Origin: a virus
Virus record (IMG/VR): IMGVR_UViG_3300018080_000002
Location: 1-64,000 of that record
Length of the DNA stretch: 64,000 bases
Reading direction: 5' to 3' (one strand)
A program made the translations under genes and the position numbers. Positions 43,738-54,823 of the stretch are shown here, one piece after another; the first letter of the stretch is position 1, and each line of letters begins with the position of its first letter. The notes beneath the pieces are model-generated. The model did no database searches and was not told the DNA's origin. It worked only from the letters and a program-made list of their open reading frames with translations.

Positions 43738-44647
43738 GTGTCTGTTTTTAACTGGTATTCCTTGTAGTGGAAAGACCACTATAGCTAAGGAGTTGATGAA
43801 GTATTATCCTAGAGTTCAGCTCTTGGATGGTGATGAGATTCGTGACACTCCGATTTCTGCCGGAGCTGGTTTTACGCCAGAGGATCGAAAACGGCATTTG
43901 CTTCGGGTTGGATACCTGGCTAAGATGTTTGTTGATCAGGGAATTTGGACTATTTGCTCATTTGTATCGCCGTTAAAAGAGGTAAGAAATGAAATTAGAT
44001 CCATGTTTAAGGAAGGGGATTTTTTAGAAATATATGTAGATCCTGGCATCGAAGAATGTAAGAAAAGAGATGTCAAGGGAATGTATGCAAAGGCGATCAA
44101 GGGTGAAATTAAAAATTTTACGGGTATTTCGGCTCCTTATGAGGCTCCTGATAATCCAGAGTTGGTTATTGATACCAGCAAAGAATCGGAGACAGTTGAG
44201 GTAAGTGCTGCTAGAATACTCGAAATAGCGTCTCCGTTTGATGATCCTGTTAGCATTTTTATTGGCAGATGGAATGGCGTGTACCATAATGGGCATGACC
44301 ATATCGTACATGAGCCTCTGAAAAAAGGTCGTAGAGTTTTGATGTTGATTAGGAATGTTGAACCTGACGAAAAGAATCCGATGACTGCATCCGAGGTTAA
44401 GGAAATGCTTGATTTCAGGTTTCAAGATGATTCAAGAGTGGAGACAATGATCATTCCAGATGTAAAAAGTGTGGAATATGGTCGAGGCGTAGGTTATGAA
44501 GTTAATGAAATAAAAGTTGACAAGAAAATAGCCGGGATTTCTGGTACTGAATGTCGAAAATTGATTGCTGAAGGTAACGATTCTTGGAAGGAATTTGTTC
44601 CAGGTCGGATTGTAGAGTTTTTAGAGAATAAGATATCTGTTAAATGA
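43730..44647 (+). CDS. cysC: Adenylylsulfate kinase fused to a nucleotidyltransferase-like domain
   Basis: TGIPCSGKTT, LDGD, RDVKGMY, FTGISAPYEAP; C-terminal IGRW..HNGH..YGRGVGY..ISGT. Confidence 0.85.
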   Translation: MSKCLFLTGIPCSGKTTIAKELMKYYPRVQLLDGDEIRDTPISAGAGFTPEDRKRHLLRVGYLAKMFVDQGIWTICSFVSPLKEVRNEIRSMFKEGDFLEIYVDPGIEECKKRDVKGMYAKAIKGEIKNFTGISAPYEAPDNPELVIDTSKESETVEVSAARILEIASPFDDPVSIFIGRWNGVYHNGHDHIVHEPLKKGRRVLMLIRNVEPDEKNPMTASEVKEMLDFRFQDDSRVETMIIPDVKSVEYGRGVGYEVNEIKVDKKIAGISGTECRKLIAEGNDSWKEFVPGRIVEFLENKISVK

Positions 44648-44698
44648 ATGTTGTGTGGGGAGGGAAATCTTCCCCACGGTTGTTAATTGGAGTAAATT

Positions 44699-46390
44699 AT
44701 GCCTGTCACTCTTGTTATCCCCACGATAAACCAAACTCAGATGATTGATGATTGTTTAACGTCCTTTTTTAAATTTCATAAAGACGAACATGAGATAATT
44801 GTTGTTGACGATGGTAGTCCACCTGACACTCAAAAAGCGGTTCAAGCAATATGCGAGAAACATGGTGCGGATTTTTTATCAAATTCCTTTAATGTTGGAT
44901 TTTCCAATACAGTCAATCGTGGGATTGATAGAGCTACGAATGACATCGTTATTTTGGTGAACAATGATATTGTTTTTACCGAAGAAATTACGAGTAAATT
45001 TGAGAGCAGTTTCAAGAATGATGAGCGGATCGGTATCGTTGGCGGTTTATTGTTCTATCCGAACGGTACGATTCAGCATGGAGGCATATTTAGGACCGAA
45101 AGCTGGTTTATGCATAGAGCTTGGCATAAAACCCTGAAAGATTCTCCGGTGGTCAAACAGGATTGTTACATTATAGCGGTTACAGGCGCATTATTTGGCA
45201 TCAGGAAAGCGATGTCGGATAAGATAGGGGTTATGAACCCAACGTATTTCATCGCCTGTGAGGACACTGAGATGTGTCTGAGAGCGTGGAAAAATGGCTG
45301 GCGGGTTTTTTATAATGGATCGATCCAAGCGATTCATGCTGAAGGAGCCACTAGAGGCCATAACAACGAAGTCAAAATGAAAAAAGGCCGAGATTGGATG
45401 ATCAAAGAAAAGGAAACCAATCGTCGGTTTGCCCAAGATATGAAAAGATTTGATTTCAAGGTGATTGAATCTCGCATTAAAGATGCAAACTCGAATATTA
45501 GTCGAGTCAAGTTGGCTAAGTTAGATCAAGGTTGTGGAGTGGTGGGTGTTAACAGAGCGGGTGCGTTGGGAGACGTTCTCCTAACCACTGGATTGATTAG
45601 GAAATTGAAGAAAAAGTTTCCAAATTATGACATTCATGTTGCTACTGGTTGTGGCGCAGTCTTTAAAAATAATCCAAATATTAGTCGGCTGGTGAGGTCA
45701 AGGGATCAGTTAGTAGGCAATATCATTTTTGACCTGGATCTGGTTTATGAGAAATCTCCTAAAATGCCGATTGTCGAAGCATACCATCGGTCGGTTTTTG
45801 GCGATGGAGATCTGGTGTCAGATACACAGCCTGAGATGTTCCCAGATGAAAATGACGAAAAGTCTTTAATGGAAAAATTACCGCCAAGATTTTTAATTCC
45901 TCCAGTTGCAGTAGTCCATATGGGGGTTGGCTGGCCGAATAGAACATGGCAAAGGCAAAAATGGTTGAGAGTAATTGATCATTTGGTCAGTAAGGATGTT
46001 CGGATTGCGGTTGTCGGTAAGGCTGGAGATTTTAAGCCAGAGACCAAAAACAATGTTTTAAATCTGACAAATAAGCTTTCTATTCATGAGATCATGATAT
46101 TGATTCAGAAAAGCAATGTTTTTATCGGCATGGATACAGGTTTGTTGCATATAGCATCATGTACGGATACTCCTTTAGTGGGTCTATTTACGTGTGCTAA
46201 TCCGATTTATCGATTAGTTGAGAGAAAAGCTCAGAGTGTAGCATTGATTCCCAAAGTGAGTTGCCGTTTTTGTTTGCATGAAGAGGAGCCTCCTGTCACC
46301 TTTGCAGGATGTAAACGGGGGAATTATCAGTGTTTGAATGATATCACTGTAGCGGATGTTATCAAGTCTGCGAATAAGTTTTTGTTTTGA
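44699..46390 (+). CDS. GT2 + GT9 (heptosyltransferase-like) fusion glycosyltransferase
   Basis: IIVVDDGS, LVNND, EDTEMC (GT2); ALGDVLL, FIGMDTGLLHIA (GT9). Confidence 0.85.
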   Translation: MPVTLVIPTINQTQMIDDCLTSFFKFHKDEHEIIVVDDGSPPDTQKAVQAICEKHGADFLSNSFNVGFSNTVNRGIDRATNDIVILVNNDIVFTEEITSKFESSFKNDERIGIVGGLLFYPNGTIQHGGIFRTESWFMHRAWHKTLKDSPVVKQDCYIIAVTGALFGIRKAMSDKIGVMNPTYFIACEDTEMCLRAWKNGWRVFYNGSIQAIHAEGATRGHNNEVKMKKGRDWMIKEKETNRRFAQDMKRFDFKVIESRIKDANSNISRVKLAKLDQGCGVVGVNRAGALGDVLLTTGLIRKLKKKFPNYDIHVATGCGAVFKNNPNISRLVRSRDQLVGNIIFDLDLVYEKSPKMPIVEAYHRSVFGDGDLVSDTQPEMFPDENDEKSLMEKLPPRFLIPPVAVVHMGVGWPNRTWQRQKWLRVIDHLVSKDVRIAVVGKAGDFKPETKNNVLNLTNKLSIHEIMILIQKSNVFIGMDTGLLHIASCTDTPLVGLFTCANPIYRLVERKAQSVALIPKVSCRFCLHEEEPPVTFAGCKRGNYQCLNDITVADVIKSANKFLF

Positions 46391-46627
46391 TTGGTGATTT
46401 TATGTTTATAGAAAAATATGTATTGATTGGTGTGATATGCCTGATCGCGGGATATTGTATTCGTGGGGTTCAATCGGCAATTGCAAAACGTCTTTTTGAA
46501 AGAAAGATGACGGTCGAAAGAGAAAAGTTAAAACAGTCTGCAATCGAGTCTGGATTTTTTGAAGCTAGAACATTACATCCAGAAAAAAAATCTAATATAA
46601 ATAATTGATTTTTCAGCGATAATCGAG

Positions 46628-46656
46628 TTGACTTACGATGGTTTATTAAGTATATT
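46628..46656 (+). promoter_or_regulatory. sigma70-like promoter
   Basis: TTGACT-17 nt-TATATT upstream of the SSB/helicase genes. Confidence 0.5.
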
Positions 46657-46697
46657 CTTTTAGGATTATTTAATGATTCATAGTGAGGATTATTGAT

Positions 46698-47414
46698 ATG
46701 AGTTGGTATTCAACAGGTTATGAAGGAGCTTCGGCTGCTGCTAAAAAATCGGATAACAATCGTAAAATTCCTAGATTTTGGATGCCATCTGGCGTGTCTA
46801 AGGAACTTATTTTTATTGATGATGTTTGTTTTGCTATTGACGAACATAATTTAAAAATTAACGGGAATTGGGGAAATTATTATACCTGTTTGGGAAAAGA
46901 AACGGGTTGTCCTTATTGTCAATTGGGAGATCCTAAGTACACTGGATTTTTTACGGTTCTCGACTTGACTGGTTACATAGACAAGAAAGGTCAGGTTCAA
47001 GACAAGAATACGGTCAAATTATTAGCGGCTCATGCAAAGGTCGTTGAGACTATCGAATCTTTGAAAAAGATGAGAGACAATCAGTCCTTGATTGCGTGTA
47101 GGTTTCGAGTTAGCAGGAAAAATACTAAGAATGATTTTAGTACAGGCAGTTCATTTGAATTTTTGCAGGCATATGATCCACAACAGCTATTAGCGAAATA
47201 CCAGGCATATGATTATGTTGATTTGTTAAAGCCGTGGGATAGATCCTCTGCAACTAATTTGGTGTCGAGAATTATGGGTCATATTCCGAATAGCAATGGA
47301 CCGATGTATAATGCAGCACCTCAACAGCAGCAGCCACAGAATCAACAGCAGGGTAGTCCTGTTGGTCAGCCAGGTGTTGAAGGATGTCCATCGTTAGACG
47401 ATATTCCATTTTGA
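46698..47414 (+). CDS. gp32-like single-stranded DNA-binding protein
   Basis: H..C..CPYC zinc site and an acidic DDIPF tail. Confidence 0.6.
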   Translation: MSWYSTGYEGASAAAKKSDNNRKIPRFWMPSGVSKELIFIDDVCFAIDEHNLKINGNWGNYYTCLGKETGCPYCQLGDPKYTGFFTVLDLTGYIDKKGQVQDKNTVKLLAAHAKVVETIESLKKMRDNQSLIACRFRVSRKNTKNDFSTGSSFEFLQAYDPQQLLAKYQAYDYVDLLKPWDRSSATNLVSRIMGHIPNSNGPMYNAAPQQQQPQNQQQGSPVGQPGVEGCPSLDDIPF

Positions 47415-47425
47415 TGTAAGGTTTA

Positions 47426-48835
47426 TTGATGAAAGTTCGTATAAACTCTTTAGCTTGGCTTTCTAAGTCGTTGTTTAGTGAAGTCGATCTATATGTGTTG
47501 AAAAGAAAATTGATTATAGTCCCGAAGAAAACCTCAGAGTTTAGTGATCCCAATCCTATTCAAATGTATGCCGAAACCGATGATGAAATTGGTGTTCCGA
47601 GAGAGTATTTTTTTACGAATATAAATAGAGGGTATGAAGTAGATGATCAAACATCAATGGGTCATCCTTTTAATTCCAGTTTTGGTCCTATTAAGCTAAG
47701 AGATTACCAGATTGGTTCTGTAAATAAATTTTTAAACTATTTGAAGGATCATTTCGGGGGTAGCTTTGAAGCAGTTACCGGATTTGGAAAAACGGTCTGT
47801 GGCCTGTATATATCCAGGGAATTAGGCGGGACAACGTTGATTGTGGTCCATAAAGATTCATTAGCGCAGCAATGGATAAAAAGAATCAAAGGAGATCCAA
47901 ATGAGGATGAGCCTTTGTTGAAAAAAGGGTTTATGCCTGAAGCGTCTGTTGGTCTGGTCGGTGATGGAAAAGTTGATTATCAAGGAAAAGATTTCGTTAT
48001 CGGGATGATCCAGACATTATCTCAAAAAGAGCTGGATGATGATTTTTACTCTTATTTTCGTACAGTGATAATTGATGAGCTTCATAGATCTGGTGCTGAA
48101 AAGTGGGGTACTGTTGCTCCGAAAATAAACTCACGTTACAGGATAGGGCTTTCAGCTACTATTCGCAGAAAAGACAAAGCCGAGAACGTGTTTTTTTGGC
48201 ATATAGGGAAAATAGTAGCCAAAGGTGAAAAAGGCGGTGTTTTAGATCCTGCCATTTATTTTATGGAAACTGGATTTTCTTTGATTGAGACACCAGGATT
48301 TAACCCTGATTCATTGACGAGGGTTCAGGTTATAAGCGCATTGATAGACTCTTCATATAGAAATAGCATCATCATGACTGAAATGATGAAAGCTGTAAGG
48401 GCTAAGAGGCGTATAGTTGCTGTGAGTGATAGGGTTAAACATTTAGAGAAATTTATAATTGCTTTAAAGGCTTTTAGGGATAGGGAAAAATTAGAATTTA
48501 CCATAGGCGAATTTTACAAAGGAGGTAGACGAGTTACAAAGGAAGATTTGGCAAACGCAAAAAAACGTGATGTCGTGATGGCTACGTTTAAGATGATAGA
48601 GGATGGAGAGGACGTTAAGGAGCTGGATTGTCTCTTCATGCTTACACCATGCTCTGATCCAGAGCAACTTACAGGTCGAATTTTAAGGGACAAGGATGGC
48701 AAAAAATCTCCTGTTATAGTTGATTTTATTGACAATGATATTTTGAAGTGTCGCCAACTATATTTTTGCAGGAAACGATTTTATGCAAAAAAAGGGTGGA
48801 AAGTATATGAAGTCAAAAGAGACTCCCAAAGATAG
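47426..48835 (+). CDS. SF2 DExH helicase (UvsW-like)
   Basis: LRDYQ, TGFGKT, IIDELH, GLSAT, QLTGRILR. Confidence 0.85.
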   Translation: MMKVRINSLAWLSKSLFSEVDLYVLKRKLIIVPKKTSEFSDPNPIQMYAETDDEIGVPREYFFTNINRGYEVDDQTSMGHPFNSSFGPIKLRDYQIGSVNKFLNYLKDHFGGSFEAVTGFGKTVCGLYISRELGGTTLIVVHKDSLAQQWIKRIKGDPNEDEPLLKKGFMPEASVGLVGDGKVDYQGKDFVIGMIQTLSQKELDDDFYSYFRTVIIDELHRSGAEKWGTVAPKINSRYRIGLSATIRRKDKAENVFFWHIGKIVAKGEKGGVLDPAIYFMETGFSLIETPGFNPDSLTRVQVISALIDSSYRNSIIMTEMMKAVRAKRRIVAVSDRVKHLEKFIIALKAFRDREKLEFTIGEFYKGGRRVTKEDLANAKKRDVVMATFKMIEDGEDVKELDCLFMLTPCSDPEQLTGRILRDKDGKKSPVIVDFIDNDILKCRQLYFCRKRFYAKKGWKVYEVKRDSQR

Positions 48836-49301
48836 GAGCCAATACTGGTCTGAATATTGGGGTAAGAATCGTGATGATATTTTAAAAAGGCGTAGAGACA
48901 GGTATAACTCTGATCCAGAATATAAAAAAAGGATGCAAGAAATCAGAAAACGCAATTATGAGAAAAACAAGGTTTTGAAAGTGAAAAAACCTGAAAGCGA
49001 TTTCGTTTCAATCAGGTCCAAGCCTATTATTTTAGAGTTAAATGGGCAAAAAATGCTCATGTATGATATCGAGTATTTTGCTAAGAAAATTGGTCGGAGT
49101 GTTGCTACAGTTAGATACTGGGAACGAAAGGGTATCCTGCCGAAAACTCCGTACAAAGGAAGTCGAAAATGCCTGTATTCTAAGGAAATGATCAAAGCAG
49201 TTTACAATGCTCTGGAGGAACAGGGATTTCCTGGTAATATAGATCTGGAAGATTTTTCGGATTATGTTTATGCCTGTTGGCAATCGTTAGAGGTTATATA
49301 G
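48783..49301 (+). CDS. MerR-type HTH protein
   Basis: YDIEYFAKKIGRSVATVRYWERKGILP. Confidence 0.7.
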   Translation: MQKKGGKYMKSKETPKDRSQYWSEYWGKNRDDILKRRRDRYNSDPEYKKRMQEIRKRNYEKNKVLKVKKPESDFVSIRSKPIILELNGQKMLMYDIEYFAKKIGRSVATVRYWERKGILPKTPYKGSRKCLYSKEMIKAVYNALEEQGFPGNIDLEDFSDYVYACWQSLEVI

Positions 49302-49980
49302 AGATGTTAAGTTTGTCGTTTGAGTATTTGTCGTATGTGTTTTTTTCGTGGTCTTTTTCGTTGTTTTTGACTAGATTGTTGACAGTCTATATGAGGATGA
49401 AATTAGTTAAAGATAAGCCAATTGGGTTTAGCTTTACTGATCCTCTTATGATATTGATTTTAGGTTTGTTTTTAAGATTTTTGTCAGAGATTGATTGGAG
49501 TATGTAATATGATTGATTTTGATAATCTTAAGCAGTTCGTTATTTGGCTTTTCTCGAAATTTGGCCTATCTGAGCGAGAGAAATTCAAGCAACCAGTCGC
49601 ATATGTTAAGTCTGAAAAATTTATTATTGGGTTTGATGGAAAAAAGGTTTCTGCTGGGGTTCTGGAAGATAGACAATATGATTTTGATATTGAACCAATT
49701 ATTGGTCCTCATGAAACGATCGGTCTTGGGATAGAGAGAACGATAAATATGGGTAATTATGAGTCTATCAAAATGTCGGTTTTCAGGAGTATGCCAGTAC
49801 ATCCTGGGTCAGAAAATATTGAATCGGCTTATGTAAAATGTAAGGAATGGGTAGGAGGTAAGCTGACGGATCAGGTTAAGAAAGTGGTAGATTATCGTGA
49901 TAGTAGATCAAAGCCTATTTCTAATTCTGGAGATCGAAATATTGTCAATAAAGTAACTTATTAATGTGATTGGAATGATT

Positions 49981-51228
49981 ATGGCTGGTAAAAAAGATGC
50001 AGAGGTAAAGGACAAAGAAAAAGGTAAGACGAAGGAAAAAAAAGAGGAAAAAAAGAAAGAAAAGGAGAAAAAACCACCGACAAGGTTAGAACGATTAGGT
50101 GGTATAGTTAAGAGTGTGAACGATAAATTTGGCGTTAACACTCTTATGGTTGGATATAAGAATTTCTATGTCGGGACTAGGGTTAGTACCGGGTCTATTC
50201 TGATGGATCTAGCGACAGGTGGTGGTATCCCTATTGGTCGAGTGGTCCAATTTCACGGAAAGGAAAGTAGCGGCAAAACTAGCAATGCTATTAGGGTTGC
50301 AGGAAATTTACAGAAATTATGTACGAAATGCTATACTCCTATCAATGGGATCATTGATCCTGTGACTTTAAAGCCTATTTCGGAGGTATGTAAATGTGGC
50401 GTTCAAAGACGTGGTATGGTTGTTTTTGTTGATGTGGAAGGAACATTTGATCCCGATTGGGCTGAGTGCCTTGGTTTACTGATTGATCCTGAATTTTTCA
50501 TATATTGCCGACCTGAGAGTGGGGAAGAATCAATCGATATTGTTGAGGCTCTTATCAGGAGCGGAGATATTGATATGATTATTTACGATAGTATTGCTGC
50601 TTTTGCTCCGTTGGAAGAGATGAAGAAATCAGCAGAGGAAAATACGGTGGGTCTTGGAGCGAGGCTCTTAAACAGAGCTTGGCGTGTTTGGGGTTCTGCT
50701 ATGAGCGATGCTGCAAATAAGAATGGTGTTGCTCCTACTGTGATCACGATCAATCAACAAAGATTAAAAATAGGCGTTATGTATGGCAGTCCGATTACTA
50801 GACCTGGTGGTGAAGGTCAGAAATTTGCCAATTCAATCGAAATTGATATGAAACGTGCTACTGAAGATAAAACCAAAGATGAGGATGGTAATTTCCTCCC
50901 ATTAGTGACCTTTGCGGGGAAGGTTACGAAGAATAAGACAGCTCGACCATTCTTGGAATATGAGTTCCAGGTTGCTACAGAGGCATTTCAATACAAGAAC
51001 ATCCGATATAACAAGGGTGATATAGCCGAGCTAAAAACTCTCAGGGATCTTGCTTATCGGTATGGGATTATGGGCAAGGATGAATCTAGTAAAAAGTATT
51101 TTTATAAAAAACATAAATTTGATCGACAGATGGATCTATTTGATAAGGTTTTATATACAAATGCCGGGATAATTGCTTTAAAGCAGGATATTTTAGAGGT
51201 TATGCGGCATGGAAAAGTTTCAGCGTGA
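49981..51228 (+). CDS. recA: RecA/UvsX-like recombinase
   Basis: STGS..DLATGGGIP.GR, GKESSGKT, DSIAA, INQ.R.KIGVMYGSP..PGG; Cys-rich insertion. Confidence 0.9.
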   Translation: MAGKKDAEVKDKEKGKTKEKKEEKKKEKEKKPPTRLERLGGIVKSVNDKFGVNTLMVGYKNFYVGTRVSTGSILMDLATGGGIPIGRVVQFHGKESSGKTSNAIRVAGNLQKLCTKCYTPINGIIDPVTLKPISEVCKCGVQRRGMVVFVDVEGTFDPDWAECLGLLIDPEFFIYCRPESGEESIDIVEALIRSGDIDMIIYDSIAAFAPLEEMKKSAEENTVGLGARLLNRAWRVWGSAMSDAANKNGVAPTVITINQQRLKIGVMYGSPITRPGGEGQKFANSIEIDMKRATEDKTKDEDGNFLPLVTFAGKVTKNKTARPFLEYEFQVATEAFQYKNIRYNKGDIAELKTLRDLAYRYGIMGKDESSKKYFYKKHKFDRQMDLFDKVLYTNAGIIALKQDILEVMRHGKVSA

Positions 51229-51601
51229 GTCCAAGAAAAAGAAAGTAGATAAGTTTAAATCTGATTCAAGTGAGTTCTGGGTAACTCATGAAGATGATGT
51301 CGCTGAGACCTTTCAAGGTGATAAGACCATCGGTAGTGGTAATAAACCTTTTTATAAAGGTGACGTGAAATCAGACATGTTTCTGGTTGAGGCCAAGAGT
51401 TCTGAGCAGAAAAGCATCGGTATTAAGGCTGAATGGCTCAAAAAGATATCTGATGAAGCTTATGGGTATCAAAGGTTGCCAGCGGTTCATTTGAGATTTG
51501 GTTCGATAGAGGATGGATTATGCGAGAGGGATTGGGTTATGGTCCCTCAGAGCGTGTTTAAAAGGATGTTAGCTAGGTTTGGGGATGATGATGTTAGATG
51601 A
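51209..51601 (+). CDS. PD-(D/E)XK nuclease (Hjc-like)
   Basis: E..VA..GSG..KGDV..LVEAK. Confidence 0.6.
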   Translation: MEKFQRESKKKKVDKFKSDSSEFWVTHEDDVAETFQGDKTIGSGNKPFYKGDVKSDMFLVEAKSSEQKSIGIKAEWLKKISDEAYGYQRLPAVHLRFGSIEDGLCERDWVMVPQSVFKRMLARFGDDDVR

Positions 51602-52397
51602 AATAGCCAGTATTGGGAATAGTCCTGTGGGTGATAAATGTGTTTTGTTTGAAGAAAAGATCAAGAGATTTGTGACATCAGAATTTGTTCGGGGGAATTA
51701 TCGAGAAAAACTTGATCCTGATGGTTATATCAGAGTGTCCAGTATTCCGTATATGTGTCCCAGGGACGAAGTCTGGTACGCATTGACTGACGAGCTTCAG
51801 TATAAAGAGAAAGAACGTCTCAGGATCACTTTTGATTTTGGTAAAGCCTTTGAAGGTATAATTCGTGATAATTACCTGGCTCCGATGGAGATATTGAAGG
51901 GGGATTGGGAGTGTGCGAAGTGTGGTTATGTCGTACAGTCTGAAGAAGAAAAGCTGATTAAGCCTTATTATGGATGTCCGTCATGTAATGCTATTCGATG
52001 GAAATATCATGAATCTGAGTTGGTCAATGAGCAGTATAAGATAACAGGCCATTGTGATGGTATTGTAGAGCTGGACGGGAATGACTATGTGCTAGAGATA
52101 AAATCTTGTAATGCTTACTTTTTCAAGCTTTTCAAGAATGACGCTTACTCATGCTCTTTTTTCTCGAAATACCTGATTCAGATACAGATGTATATGTGGT
52201 TGAGTGGGATTCATAACGGTATTTTTTTATTTTTTAACAAGGATAGTAGCACAATGTATTCATTGCCTGTATCTTATAGCGAATCAATTGTTGATGACGT
52301 TTTGAAGTTTGTTTCAGATATCAGGCATTGTATTAGAAATAGTATTTTGCCTGAGTGTACCTGTAAGAAACAGGATCATGTGGACTTGAAATTATGA
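51579..52397 (+). CDS. Cas4-like PD-(D/E)XK exonuclease
   Basis: CPR, GHCDGI, LEIKS, QIQMYM and C-terminal cysteines; sits in the recombination cluster. Confidence 0.7.
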   Translation: MGMMMLDEIASIGNSPVGDKCVLFEEKIKRFVTSEFVRGNYREKLDPDGYIRVSSIPYMCPRDEVWYALTDELQYKEKERLRITFDFGKAFEGIIRDNYLAPMEILKGDWECAKCGYVVQSEEEKLIKPYYGCPSCNAIRWKYHESELVNEQYKITGHCDGIVELDGNDYVLEIKSCNAYFFKLFKNDAYSCSFFSKYLIQIQMYMWLSGIHNGIFLFFNKDSSTMYSLPVSYSESIVDDVLKFVSDIRHCIRNSILPECTCKKQDHVDLKL

Positions 52398-52945
52398 GTG
52401 ATTTTAGTGTCATGGGTATAGATCCGTCATTGACTGCAACGGGAATTGCGGTGATAAAATCCGATGCTACAGCTATGGGTTGGACGAGAGGGGTTTCTGT
52501 TAAAAAAAAGGCATCCAACCTTACAAGACTAAAAAGGTTATTGTTTTTGGCGAGTTCTATTATAGAGATTGTTGATGAACATAATGTTAGGTACATTGGT
52601 GTAGAACAAGCAACATTTGGTTATTCTGTCAGAGCTATGGAGCTAAGAGAACTTTTGATTGTTTTAAATACTCAGTTGTTTTTAAAGTATGGATTCATGG
52701 CTGTAAATATTCCGTTTGCGACTATTCGGAAGTATTTTTTGGGTGATGGTAAGACTGGCAGGACCAAAAAGGATGATATTGTGGCTCATGTCAGAGAGGA
52801 ATTTGGTTATACATTATCAAGCACAGATGAGTATGAGGCTTTAGCTGTGGCTAGAATAATGTATGAAAATCGCAAATTTGATCGATCTAGTTTTTGCTCC
52901 TATAAACGAGAGGTACACGGTCGTATTGATAAGGTGTTGGCATGA
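52394..52945 (+). CDS. ruvC: RuvC-like Holliday junction resolvase
   Basis: MGIDPSLTATGIA, GVEQ, DEYEALAVA. Confidence 0.75.
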   Translation: MSDFSVMGIDPSLTATGIAVIKSDATAMGWTRGVSVKKKASNLTRLKRLLFLASSIIEIVDEHNVRYIGVEQATFGYSVRAMELRELLIVLNTQLFLKYGFMAVNIPFATIRKYFLGDGKTGRTKKDDIVAHVREEFGYTLSSTDEYEALAVARIMYENRKFDRSSFCSYKREVHGRIDKVLA

Positions 52946-53235
52946 CGATAGGTTTAAATTTTGCGTTTATTTCAGGGAATGTCGGGGAAGTAACTTTTAG
53001 TACGACTGGAAGTAATGTTCCTTGTTGCAGTTTTTTCATTGCGTCTGAAAGGCAGGGCTATGATGCTGTATGGGTTCGCGTGAATGTGTATGGCAAAAAT
53101 ACGAATATATGCAAGGATAAGCTTGCTAAGGGTGTTTACGTTATTGTTAAGGGTGAAATGATGAATCGGACGTCTGGTGGTAAAAATGAGAAATTTCTTA
53201 CAGAGGTAAGATGCCATGAGATCGTGTTTCCATGA
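52942..53235 (+). CDS. ssb: Short bacterial-type SSB (OB fold)
   Basis: LNFAFISGNV..WVRVNVYG..LAKGVYVIVKGEM. Confidence 0.75.
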   Translation: MTIGLNFAFISGNVGEVTFSTTGSNVPCCSFFIASERQGYDAVWVRVNVYGKNTNICKDKLAKGVYVIVKGEMMNRTSGGKNEKFLTEVRCHEIVFP

Positions 53236-54481
53236 AAGGTGGGTGTGATGATGGAAAATAATGAGAATAAGGAATTGGAAGTAGTTGATGATAGCAATGG
53301 TTATCTCGATGAAATTGAGGAAGAAAATACTGAGGTTGAAGAAATGGATAACCTCAATCAAGAGCAGCTAGAACAGCTCAGGCAGGAGACTAAAAAGCTG
53401 TCTGAAGCTGGTGATGCTGCATACATTACAATGGCTGGAAACTTATATGAGATACGTAAGAGCAAGTCATATAAGGGTTGGAAATATGATAAATTCCGAG
53501 ATTATGTTGAGACAGAGTTAAGCATCTCTTTGAGAAAAGCTGAATATTTGATGCAAATTTGGGATTATTATGTGGAGAAAGTTGGTGGTGGTAGCAAGGC
53601 ATTATTAGACAAGGTGAAAGGTCTTGGTCTTACCAAGCTCAAAGACTGTATCAATGTAATCAAGCCAGATAATGTCGACAAGGTGTTGGATCAAATTAAG
53701 GATCTGTCTGTTCGTAGAGTTGCGGAGATCAAAAAAGAAATCAATATTAGCGTAGATATTGCCAAAGATACCGAGTCTGATTCTAAGACGGTGGATTCAG
53801 AGGACGTTGATGATTTAGCAGCATCCACTAAACATTCTATGAATTTCAAGCTCTATTCTGAGCAATATAAATCAGTTAAAGATGCTCTTGAATTGTCTGG
53901 TAAGATAGGGAATACCAAGTGCCGAAACACTCAATTGAGGTATATCTCGGAAGAATTTTTAAGTCTACATCAGACAGGCGATTCGGATAAGAGTCGTTTG
54001 GATGCCTGTGAGAGATTTGAAAAGCTATATAATGTGAAGATTTTGGTAGCTGATGCGGTTTCTGGTACTATTTTATATGGAGAGGATATTGAGGAAAAAT
54101 TATCAACCATTGTAAAGGCTAGTTAATATGGCAATTAGGCTACCTATAAGTCGTGCTAGAGTCGATTTTCTTGCTGACTGGTTAGAGGAAAGAACTGGTG
54201 TTGAGGCTAGATATTTTAAGACTAAGCTGACGAATAAGTTTCCTGGTATTTCTGAGGTAGAGGCTGATGAAGGTGTATCGGGATTACATCTATATCTTGA
54301 GGCAACAGACATTAGTTCTGAGACGATATGGTTTGGGAAGTTAGATGATCTTAGATCTGATGATCAGGATGTATTTTTTACTATTTTTGCTCCGAAAGAT
54401 TTTACAGGTTCCAGATATTTTCAGTACGTAGGAGAGGTGTCAGGGGTTCCAGATCTTTCATATGTTTAGTCGAAAGGGGTA

Positions 54482-54802
54482 ATGATGATTTCTAAAGCGT
54501 TCAGGGATTGTCATCATATTAATGGCGTAAAAATCGATAGAGCCAGTTTAGGCACATCATCTGATTTGGTTATTGCATATGATGATAAAGCGGAAAGCCT
54601 GTTCTTAAAATTTCAAAAAGGATCGGTTAGGAAAAATGGCGTTGTAGAGGATGATTTGCTGGATATTGTGGAAAAGCTTATCGTTTCCAATGATGATGGT
54701 TGTGGTGATTTTTCGTCTAATTGGAATAAAGCTGCTTTAGAGGGTATTGCCGTAGCTCGTAAGGCTTTAAAAGAAAGAGCTAAGACGTATCCGTTGAAAT
54801 AA
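54482..54802 (+). CDS. Tad1-like protein (candidate nucleotide-signal sponge)
   Basis: LKFQKG..NGVVEDDLLDIV..GDFSSNWNKAAL resembles the Tad1 core (KFQKG..GV..DLLEIV..GPFSS.EN..AL). Confidence 0.55.
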   Translation: MMISKAFRDCHHINGVKIDRASLGTSSDLVIAYDDKAESLFLKFQKGSVRKNGVVEDDLLDIVEKLIVSNDDGCGDFSSNWNKAALEGIAVARKALKERAKTYPLK

Positions 54803-54823
54803 CGTAATTGTAAGGAGGTTTCG

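Noticed and set aside
51579-52397. Cas4-like nuclease as an adaptation gene for the RAMP locus
   Set aside because: It is 36 kb away, embedded among RecA, RuvC and SSB, and there is no cas1 or cas2. Solo Cas4-like nucleases are common in phage recombination modules.
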